Below are positions 28,684 to 35,927 of a DNA stretch of 50,389 nt, one piece after another. The stretch spans positions 1 through 50,389 of the forward strand of contig JBDRIL010000014.1 of NCBI GenBank assembly GCA_043815885.1. The letters run 5' to 3'. The number at the start of each line of letters is the position of its first letter. The stretch's first letter is position 1. This DNA comes from an archaeon (GTDB lineage: Archaea; Iainarchaeota; Iainarchaeia; Iainarchaeales; 1-14-0-10-31-34). A program made the position numbers and the translations under genes. A model generated the notes under the pieces. It saw only the letters and a list, made by a program, of their open reading frames with translations. It was not told where the DNA came from and made no database searches.

Positions 28684-29586
28684 ATGAAAATGATTAGAAT
28701 TGAATTGAGTTCGATGGCAGTAAATGAATTCAATTATAAGGAAAAGATTAATCAATTCAGGAAAATAATTGAATCAAACGGATTTGAGTTCGGTTTTCAG
28801 ATTCATAATAGAACCACTCCTCAATTATTTGAAAGAATTCTTGATTTGAATGAATTGAGTTTTTCTTTTCATGCTCCAATAAATGAACCTCACTTCCTTA
28901 ACCTCTGCTTAAAGGACAGAAAGGAAATAAAGAAGAGAATTGAAAAACAATTGAAGTTAGGGAAAAGAATTAATGCAAGGTATCTTGTTTTCCATGGATT
29001 TTATATGACTGAAATAGAGCTTCCAAACATTCCTGGAAAGACATGGGATTCAATCCAAAAATCAGTTCCAAAAGAATTCACTGAAAAAAGCTTTCCCGAG
29101 AAAAGTTTTTTTGAATCCTCTTATTTCAAGGAATTGTTTGAGAGAGCTTTGTCCAACCTTGAATTAGTGAAAGACAGTAAACCTGTTGCTTGTGTTGAGA
29201 ATGACGCTGCATTTGTTGGTTTGGGGTTGCAAAGGCCTCAAGAAATAAAGAAAGTAAACGTTCCTTTGTGCTTTGATTTAGGGCATTTCTGGAGTTCTTC
29301 ATTAATCCATGAATTTGATTTGTATAAAGAATTAAAGGGAATCGCAAAAAAACTGGAAATCCATGCCTCTCACCTGCAGTTAAATGAATTCACTGCACTA
29401 AGTCCAAAAAAAGAAGTCTTTGATACGCACAACCATCTTTACTGCAATCCTTCAATTGACTTAAAAAAAGTAATTGAGATTTTAGTTGAAGCAAACTGCA
29501 ATAACTTTGTTTTAGAGATACTGGAAGCAGACAAAAAAGATTTAGAAGTATTGATTGGAATATTAAAAGAAAAAAGAGGGGATTAG
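28684..29586 (+). CDS. Xylose isomerase-like/AP endonuclease 2 TIM-barrel protein
   Basis: SFHAP, LVFHG, CVEN, LCFDLGH, HLQ, DTH, VLE metal-binding pattern. Confidence 0.8.
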   Translation: MKMIRIELSSMAVNEFNYKEKINQFRKIIESNGFEFGFQIHNRTTPQLFERILDLNELSFSFHAPINEPHFLNLCLKDRKEIKKRIEKQLKLGKRINARYLVFHGFYMTEIELPNIPGKTWDSIQKSVPKEFTEKSFPEKSFFESSYFKELFERALSNLELVKDSKPVACVENDAAFVGLGLQRPQEIKKVNVPLCFDLGHFWSSSLIHEFDLYKELKGIAKKLEIHASHLQLNEFTALSPKKEVFDTHNHLYCNPSIDLKKVIEILVEANCNNFVLEILEADKKDLEVLIGILKEKRGD

Positions 29587-29714
29587 CTCTTTGCCCTCTT
29601 CTTGAGGTATCTTTTCTTTCTCTTCTTTCTCCTCATTTTCTTTTTCTTCCATTTCCATCTTTCTCTTGATTTAGTCTTCTTGAACCTGCTTGAATCCTTG
29701 CTTTTTGTTCCCAT
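29583..29714 (-). CDS. rpl41e: Ribosomal protein eL41 (eS32)-like, 43 aa; absent from the ORF track
   Basis: MGTKSKDSSRFKKTKSRERWKWKKKKMRRKKRKKRYLKKRAKS, with RWKWxKKxMRRxKRKxR matching archaeal L41e; SD GGTGA. Confidence 0.8.
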   Translation of the reverse strand: MGTKSKDSSRFKKTKSRERWKWKKKKMRRKKRKKRYLKKRAKS

Positions 29715-29745
29715 TCCTTTCACCAAATAATTTGATTACAGATTA

Positions 29746-29836
29746 TATCAAAAGACATTAATTATGACACTTTTTTTAATGTCTTTTGATAGCTATCAAA
29801 GGGCAAATTTTGTTTAATTGTTTATGCCCTTTGATA
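29746..29836. repeat. Two adjacent related inverted repeats (16-bp and 12-bp arms)
   Basis: TATCAAAAGACATTAA 29746-29761/29776-29791 and TATCAAAGGGCA 29794-29805/29825-29836. Confidence 0.75.
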
Positions 29837-29903
29837 TTACTCAATAAAAAATAATTTAAATCCTTTGTAATAGCAATTTATTGCATATTTGGGGGGAAAT
29901 TGA

Positions 29904-31004
29904 ATGAAGACTACATTAAGTTTGATTAAGGCAGACATTGGCTCTATCGGAGGCCATGTAAAGCCAAGCAATGCAGTAATAGAAAAAGTAAAGGAAGTCA
30001 TTTCAAAAAGCAATTTAATTAAGGATCATTTTATTTTTTTTACTGGGGATGATATCTCTATTTTAATGTCCCACGATAAAGGAAAGGACAGCGATAAAAT
30101 TCACGAATTGGCTTGGACTGCATTTATTGAAGGAACCAAGATAGCAAAAAAGCAAGGGCTTTACGGCGCAGGCCAAGACTTGCTTAAAGACTCTTTTTCC
30201 GGAAACGTTAAGGGAATGGGTCCAGCAGTAGCAGAACTTGAATTCAAGGAAAGAGAGAACGAACCATTCGTTTTATTTGCTGCAGACAAGACTGATCCAG
30301 GCGCTTACAATCTTCCTCTTTACCTTGCCTTCACTGACCCAATGCATTGTGCCGGATTAATGCTCAGCCCAAAAATGCATAAAGGATTCAAGTTCACTGT
30401 AATGGATGTAAGCTACACAGAGGAAGACAAGTTAGTTGAATTAAACACCCCTGAAGAGCTCTATGACTTGGCTGCATTGCTGAGAGAAACAGACAGATAT
30501 GTAGTTGAATCAGTTCATTCCAGAGAAAATGGAGAGGAAGCCGCTTCAGTCAGTACAACCAGGCTCCACAATATTGCAGGAAAGTATGTAGGCAAAGACG
30601 ATCCAGTAATGCTTGCCCGTGTCCAGGGAGAATTTCCTGCAACAGGAGAACTGATTTCTCCTTACACTTACACTCATTTTGTTGCAGGTTTTATGAGAGG
30701 CAGTCATGTGGGACCGCTAATGCCAGTAAGAATGAACGCAACAATCTCTTTCTTTGACGGTCCTCCAATAGTTTCATCTATTGGTTTTTGCGTCCACGAA
30801 GGAAAACTAACCGAACCAGTCGACCTATTTGACCATTCCTTTTGGGACCACATAAGAACCAAGGCATCAGAAAAGGCTTTGCATATCAGACAGCAGGGCT
30901 TCTTTGGTTCAGCAATGCTCGGAATGAATGAATTAGAGTATGGTGGCATAACAGAAAAATTAGACAAGCTTCATCCACGCTTCAAAACACGAGTAAAAAA
31001 ATAA
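29904..31004 (+). CDS. fbp: Bifunctional fructose-1,6-bisphosphate aldolase/phosphatase
   Basis: IKADIGSIGGH, GDD, LYGAGQDLL, ADKTDPGAYN, KYVGKDDP, GFMRGSH, FFDGPP. Confidence 0.97.
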   Translation: MKTTLSLIKADIGSIGGHVKPSNAVIEKVKEVISKSNLIKDHFIFFTGDDISILMSHDKGKDSDKIHELAWTAFIEGTKIAKKQGLYGAGQDLLKDSFSGNVKGMGPAVAELEFKERENEPFVLFAADKTDPGAYNLPLYLAFTDPMHCAGLMLSPKMHKGFKFTVMDVSYTEEDKLVELNTPEELYDLAALLRETDRYVVESVHSRENGEEAASVSTTRLHNIAGKYVGKDDPVMLARVQGEFPATGELISPYTYTHFVAGFMRGSHVGPLMPVRMNATISFFDGPPIVSSIGFCVHEGKLTEPVDLFDHSFWDHIRTKASEKALHIRQQGFFGSAMLGMNELEYGGITEKLDKLHPRFKTRVKK

Positions 31005-31075
31005 TCCACCTTCTCTTTTCTTTTATTTTTAATAGAAAGCTATTTAAACCTTTTTGTCTAAGAACGTATATTGAA

Positions 31076-31094
31076 TGACTAAATGTTTTAGTCA
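31076..31094. promoter_or_regulatory. Palindrome TGACTAAA-N3-TTTAGTCA downstream of the hsp20 TATA box
   Basis: TATTTAAA at 31041-31048; palindrome at the predicted +1 region. Confidence 0.5.
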
Positions 31095-31133
31095 AAAAAC
31101 ACATAATGTTAATCAATTTTAGGAGGTGTTTAG

Positions 31134-31547
31134 ATGACTTTCTGGCTTAAGAAATGTTCTTGCGATCCTTTTGAGGAAATGCACAGAATTCTTGATTTTC
31201 CGGTTTCCACTAAAGAGTCTTTTATGAGGCCTTTGAGTGATGTCTGGGAAGACGAGAAGAATGTCTATGCTTCAGTTGAATTGCCTGGTTTAAGAAAAGA
31301 GGACATTGACATCAATGTCACTGATGAAGGAATTGAAGTAAAAGCAGAAAAGAAGGCAGAGAACGAGGAAAAAGACAAAAACTATTACAGACTTGAAAGA
31401 AATTACGCTGGCTTCTATAAATTCATTGCATTGCCTGAAAACGTTGACTCAGAGAAAGCTGAAGCTTCTTACAGTGACGGCATTCTTGAAGTAAAGATTC
31501 CAAAAACAGAAAAAACCGAATCCAAAAAGAAAATCAAGGTAAACTAA
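31134..31547 (+). CDS. Hsp20/alpha-crystallin small heat-shock protein
   Basis: DVWE...VELPG...EDI...ER...LPENVD...ASYSDGILEVKIPK; SD AGGAGGTG. Confidence 0.95.
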   Translation: MTFWLKKCSCDPFEEMHRILDFPVSTKESFMRPLSDVWEDEKNVYASVELPGLRKEDIDINVTDEGIEVKAEKKAENEEKDKNYYRLERNYAGFYKFIALPENVDSEKAEASYSDGILEVKIPKTEKTESKKKIKVN

Positions 31548-31656
31548 TTTTTCCTTCTTTTTTCTTTTTTTTATATTTTTTAATAAAAAACTTTAAATAC
31601 ACTTAGGACTTATCTATATTCATTAATCTATTTTACATAAGAGAGGTGAAAAGAAC

Positions 31657-32370
31657 TTGAAGTGTAAAAAAATCTGTTTTGCAGTAATCTTGTTGGTTGC
31701 ATTGATTGCAATGACTGGTTGTACTCAAGACACCCCCACTGGGGAGGCAGCAAAATTTCGTCCAATGCAGCCTTTAAACGATCCTCCTGTTGTTGAAGCT
31801 GGCGGTCCTTACAATACATATATTAACCAAGTAGTTTATCTCACTGGAATAGCTACAGACTCTGATGGAACAATAAAAGATCTTTACTGGACTCCTTTGG
31901 CAAGTGATTGCAATATCCTTCATGAAGATATTAATGGATTAAATACAAGTTATGCAACAAATACAGGGTTATTTGTTTGCAGAAGCACTGGAACAAAGAC
32001 AGTAAGACTAACAGCCAAAGACAATTTGAATGCTGCTTCATCAGATACCGCTATAGTAACAGTTTCAGAATATAATCAGTATCCTCTTGCAAGCATTATA
32101 GGAGCTCCTTATGATGGAAACGTAAACATTTTTATTTCAATTTATGGTGAAGGAACTGATTCAGATGGAACGATTTCCAGTATTTTTTGGGATACAAATT
32201 CGGTCGACTGCAATATCTTTAATGAAGACATCAATGGAATTGGTACACCGTATGCAACAAACAATGCAGAAATAAAATGTTCTTCAACAGGAACAAAAAC
32301 AATTACATTAGCAGTAATAGACAATGAAGGCGCCTTAGACACAGACACCGAAACAGTAGAAATACATTAA
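31657..32370 (+). CDS. Lipoprotein with two PKD-like repeats
   Basis: TTG start after GAGGTGA; lipobox-like AMTGC; two repeats of N-P...PY...G..TDSDGTI...W...C...C...GTKT. Confidence 0.85.
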   Translation: MKCKKICFAVILLVALIAMTGCTQDTPTGEAAKFRPMQPLNDPPVVEAGGPYNTYINQVVYLTGIATDSDGTIKDLYWTPLASDCNILHEDINGLNTSYATNTGLFVCRSTGTKTVRLTAKDNLNAASSDTAIVTVSEYNQYPLASIIGAPYDGNVNIFISIYGEGTDSDGTISSIFWDTNSVDCNIFNEDINGIGTPYATNNAEIKCSSTGTKTITLAVIDNEGALDTDTETVEIH

Positions 32371-32392
32371 TTTTTCCTTCTTTTTTCTTTTT

Positions 32393-32674
32393 TTATCTTC
32401 TGTAGACAGTATCGTGGTGTTTGAATTTATCGAAGATAATGAACTTTTCTTTTTTTAATACCTTAAATAAAAGAACAAAGCTTTTTGCAATATGGACTCT
32501 CTTGTACTCATTTAAGTTGTAGCGCAGATTCTTGTAGTGGTCTATTGTTATTTCATCTGAATTAATTATTTGTTTGATTTTTTTGTTCAATATTTCAGTA
32601 GTTTTCTTGTCTCTTTTTGCTAAAACCTTAATTTCAGCTCTAAGCTCATCAGATAAGTAGAATGAAAAACTCAT
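32393..32674 (-). CDS. relE: RelE/YafQ-type toxin
   Basis: HYKNLRYxLxxYKRVHI...FVL...HHD-VY motif typical of archaeal RelE-like toxins. Confidence 0.85.
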   Translation of the reverse strand: MSFSFYLSDELRAEIKVLAKRDKKTTEILNKKIKQIINSDEITIDHYKNLRYNLNEYKRVHIAKSFVLLFKVLKKEKFIIFDKFKHHDTVYRR

Positions 32675-32938
32675 TTATTCGCCTCTGCATAAATCATCTA
32701 GTTCTTTTAAACTCATTTTCTTTAAGCCATACTTCTTTATATGTCTTTCACAGGATTCGATCACTTCTTTGATGACTTCTTCCTTTACTTCTTTTTCAAT
32801 AAATTCATCTCCGTATATTTCAGTAAACTTGTCTAAGGCTTCCCCTTTATCTTTTAACCCATATTTCTCTTTCACTACTCCAAGAACCCTGCTGGAATAA
32901 TCCTTAACCTTTATATTCATTGTAATAGTTTTCCCCAT
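32675..32938 (-). CDS. Antitoxin (DUF2683-like)
   Basis: RVLGVVKEKYGLKDKGEAL motif; directly upstream of the toxin; SD AGGTGA. Confidence 0.8.
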   Translation of the reverse strand: MGKTITMNIKVKDYSSRVLGVVKEKYGLKDKGEALDKFTEIYGDEFIEKEVKEEVIKEVIESCERHIKKYGLKKMSLKELDDLCRGE

Positions 32939-32952
32939 ATAATATCACCTAA

Positions 32953-32978
32953 TATAAACTTAGTTCAACTAATTTATA
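32953..32978. promoter_or_regulatory. Palindromic operator at the TA promoter
   Basis: TTAGTT-C-AACTAA flanked by TATAAA/TTTATA. Confidence 0.5.
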
Positions 32979-32985
32979 AACCTTT

Positions 32986-34107
32986 TTACGCAAAAGAAAA
33001 AATGCTTTTCTGAATTCCTTTCTCTAATTGAATGAATGCCTGTGCCTTTCTTGTAATCAATCCGATTTCCTTTAATTCCCTTAATTCCTTGAATTTCTTT
33101 TCCTCTCTTCTCTGAATGATTTTTTCAACTGTTTTGGGGCCGATTGCTGGAACCCTCAACAATTCCTCTTTGCCTGCATTATTTATGTCCACTGGAAACA
33201 TTCCTTCATTCTTTAATGCAATTTCTCTTTTCACGTCTTTCCCCAGAGGAAGGAATCCTTTCTCATTTAATACACTACTGATTTCCTTTTCACTGAATCC
33301 ATAAATCCTCAACAGCCAGTCAACCTGATAGAGGCTGTATTCCCTTGATTCATTCTCTGCATTCATTTTTTCCATTGGAGTTCCCTTTATTGGCTGAAAT
33401 GCAGAAAAATAACTCCTGTAAAGCAATGTATTCTCATAGAGTGAATTCATTTTCTTTATTATTTCCTCATCCTTTTCTCCTGCTCCCCCCACCATAAATT
33501 GAGTAGTGAATGAATGCACTAATCCTTTTCCTTTTGCCTCACTAATCCATTTAATTCTCTTCTCCAAGTCATTGAAGTAATCCTTTGTGCTGCCTAATTC
33601 ACTCAAATACTCCTTGCTTGGTGTTTCAATATTCAGTGAAATTCTGCTTGCAATTCCAGCCATCTCAAATATTTGGTGCTTGGGAGTTGAAGGAAGCACC
33701 TTTAAATGAATATATCCCTTGAATCCATTCCTCCTGATTATTCTCGCGCTCTCAATCATTTTTTCCGTTGTTTCTTCAGCATTTTTGGTTACAGCAGAAC
33801 TAAGGAAAAGACCTTCCACTATTCCTCTTCTCCAAAGCAATTCAAAGCCATCAGCCATTTCAAGAGGGGAAAGCTCTGTTTTTTGCTGTTTCCCGCCTGA
33901 ATTAACGCAATACCTGCAGTCATGAATGCATTTATTGCTCTGCAATACCTTCATTAGCCTGCATGCCTCGCTTGTTCCACTACAATCATGAACAAACTTC
34001 TCATATTGCAGAGGAATCCCTGCCTTTCTGAATGACTTCTGTTTCACTCCACCGCAAGAATCCCACGAAGCAGCATTTCCCAAATTATTCAATTTATCTA
34101 AAAGCAT
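32986..34107 (-). CDS. Putative DNA modification/repair radical SAM protein with C-terminal HhH (TIGR03916-like)
   Basis: CIHDCRYC, EGLFLSS, GYIHLK, RISLNIE, YFSAFQP, REYSLYQVDWLLRIYGF, FPVDINxA...LLRVPAIGPK. Confidence 0.9.
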   Translation of the reverse strand: MLLDKLNNLGNAASWDSCGGVKQKSFRKAGIPLQYEKFVHDCSGTSEACRLMKVLQSNKCIHDCRYCVNSGGKQQKTELSPLEMADGFELLWRRGIVEGLFLSSAVTKNAEETTEKMIESARIIRRNGFKGYIHLKVLPSTPKHQIFEMAGIASRISLNIETPSKEYLSELGSTKDYFNDLEKRIKWISEAKGKGLVHSFTTQFMVGGAGEKDEEIIKKMNSLYENTLLYRSYFSAFQPIKGTPMEKMNAENESREYSLYQVDWLLRIYGFSEKEISSVLNEKGFLPLGKDVKREIALKNEGMFPVDINNAGKEELLRVPAIGPKTVEKIIQRREEKKFKELRELKEIGLITRKAQAFIQLEKGIQKSIFSFA

Positions 34108-34238
34108 TTCAGTAATAAAAAGATTGTTCTGCCCTTAAATGATTTCCAGAGACCTCATTTCCCCTGAAAAAAAGCAAAGAATTAAAATAAATTCCAGAGA
34201 CAGTTATATAGAAGAAGAATTAATTTGAAGTGATTGAA

Positions 34239-34709
34239 ATGCGTTTACCAAGACTTGGATTGTTTCAGAAAAGAAGAAGAGCTAATCTCCCTAGAAAAGG
34301 AGGGGAACGTCCTTTTGAAATCGCTCGCAGATGGAAAAAGGGAGAAATGCGAAAAGGAGATGTAAAGTCTGTTATGGAATTTAAATTAAAAGGTCTAAAA
34401 CCTTATAGTGGAGAACAACTAGAACGTGTTTTAGAAAAACACGATGCAATTGTGAGAGGCAAACCAGAAGCCCAGAATTTTAGAAAATATTTTGGGACTG
34501 AAACTAAAAATTCAGCAGAGCTCCTTATCTTAGCTAGAAAGATATCAGTAACCCAAGAAAGGATTAATCTAAGCTTAAAGGATCCCAAAATAAAATTAGA
34601 AGCAAATAGAAGAAAAAGTTTAGAATTTTTGAGTGGGTCGTTAGGTTTAGTACTAGCTGCTTTGAAGGACCCTCTCAGAAGTAGGTTAAGAAAAGACGCA
34701 AAGCATTAA
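34239..34709 (+). CDS. Hypothetical Arg/Lys-rich protein
   Basis: ORF convergent on the Rhs core gene; basic N-terminus MRLPRLGLFQKRRR; ORF track start 34230. Confidence 0.65.
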   Translation: MRLPRLGLFQKRRRANLPRKGGERPFEIARRWKKGEMRKGDVKSVMEFKLKGLKPYSGEQLERVLEKHDAIVRGKPEAQNFRKYFGTETKNSAELLILARKISVTQERINLSLKDPKIKLEANRRKSLEFLSGSLGLVLAALKDPLRSRLRKDAKH

Positions 34710-34717
34710 AATGTATT

Positions 34718-35917
34718 TTATTGTGTTGCCGGAACCAGCCATGGATTTTGTTCTGCGTTCCACCACCAACTTCTTTTAGGGAACAGTTGTTTGACAGTAG
34801 ATTTTGCAGCTTCTTTTGCTAAATGTTTTCCAACTATTTTTTCAATTTCTGGTTCAATTGATGCAGCAAATTCCCTTCCACTTATACCTCTTGAGAGAGC
34901 CATTTCGTATTGTACTTCAGCCAGTGGATTGCCTGTTTGAAGATAATATGCTCTCCATTGCAATGCTTCTGTGTATGATAACTCTGCCTCGCTTATGGCT
35001 ACAGCTCTTGCTGCATGTGCCGCCCTTACTTCAGCAGCAGCTTCTACTGATAATAGGCCCATAGAAGCGAGTCCAATAGGGCTCATGATAGCTCTTACAA
35101 GACCAAAAGATACTTTTGCTCCTACTGCATAGTCATTTCTCCCCAGCATAACTGCTTGTTCTACTGTCCAGTCTTCCCCGCCTTTAAGGAATCCGTGAAC
35201 ATGTTTCAGTAGTGGAACATTCAGTGTTTCCCATGCTTTTGTATCTGCCAACAACCCAGGCCCCTGAGTAATAGTAAAAGCAGACATTTGTGCTCCAAAC
35301 ATTGCTCCATCCATTTTTGATGGCATTGTACCCCAGTCTGTTGTACCTACCTGCCCGACATATGCTCTCTGCCCAAAACTTCCTAAATTAACTTGAGGTT
35401 GTGCCAATCTTTCCTCCATTCCAGTTGGATCCACATACTTTAATGGATTATTGGAAGTATAAGTGTATTTGTTTTGGGTTTGTGGTTTAGTTTGTCTTCC
35501 TGAAAATGAGTCAGCAGAAATAAATCTTCCAGTATTCGGATCATAGTATCTTGCTCCGTAATAATACAGTCCAGTTCCTTTATCTAATTCCTTTCCAGTA
35601 AAGAAAAAATCAGTTGGATTTCCTCCGTTGGAGGAAAGAACCTCTCCAAAGACACTGTAGTTTTCTTCTGCAATCTTCTTTCCTTTTGAATTACTCATTA
35701 CAGAAGTGCTTCCTAAATTATCTGAATGAAAGTAATAAACTTCGCTTGGTTTTTCTGTTGTCTTCATTGCAATTCTCTGATTGTTTCCATAAATATAGGT
35801 ATTTTCATTTGTCACTATTCTCTCTCCCCAGTCTCCGTCACAGTTAGCATTCACTGGAATAATTAATGCAATGAATAAAGCCAAGAGCAAAAACCATTTC
35901 AATCCATTTTTATTCAT
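34718..35917 (-). CDS. Signal-peptide-bearing RHS repeat-associated core protein with about 233-aa C-terminal payload
   Basis: ATG 35917 after SD GAGG; signal MNKNGLKWFLLLALFIALIIPVNA; YYFHSDNLGS, FTGKELD..TGLYYYGARYYDPNTGRF, NNPLKYVDPTG. Confidence 0.9.
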   Translation of the reverse strand: MNKNGLKWFLLLALFIALIIPVNANCDGDWGERIVTNENTYIYGNNQRIAMKTTEKPSEVYYFHSDNLGSTSVMSNSKGKKIAEENYSVFGEVLSSNGGNPTDFFFTGKELDKGTGLYYYGARYYDPNTGRFISADSFSGRQTKPQTQNKYTYTSNNPLKYVDPTGMEERLAQPQVNLGSFGQRAYVGQVGTTDWGTMPSKMDGAMFGAQMSAFTITQGPGLLADTKAWETLNVPLLKHVHGFLKGGEDWTVEQAVMLGRNDYAVGAKVSFGLVRAIMSPIGLASMGLLSVEAAAEVRAAHAARAVAISEAELSYTEALQWRAYYLQTGNPLAEVQYEMALSRGISGREFAASIEPEIEKIVGKHLAKEAAKSTVKQLFPKRSWWWNAEQNPWLVPATQ

Positions 35918-35927
35918 TCTTTTATCC

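Noticed and set aside
27736..29586. ebo-like cluster (UbiA plus TIM barrel)
   Set aside because: Other ebo genes are absent and family-level similarity is insufficient
31545..32393. 26-bp direct repeat TAATTTTTCCTTCTTTTTTCTTTTTT flanking the PKD lipoprotein gene
   Set aside because: Low-complexity stop codon plus oligo-T terminator; similar tracts follow several other genes
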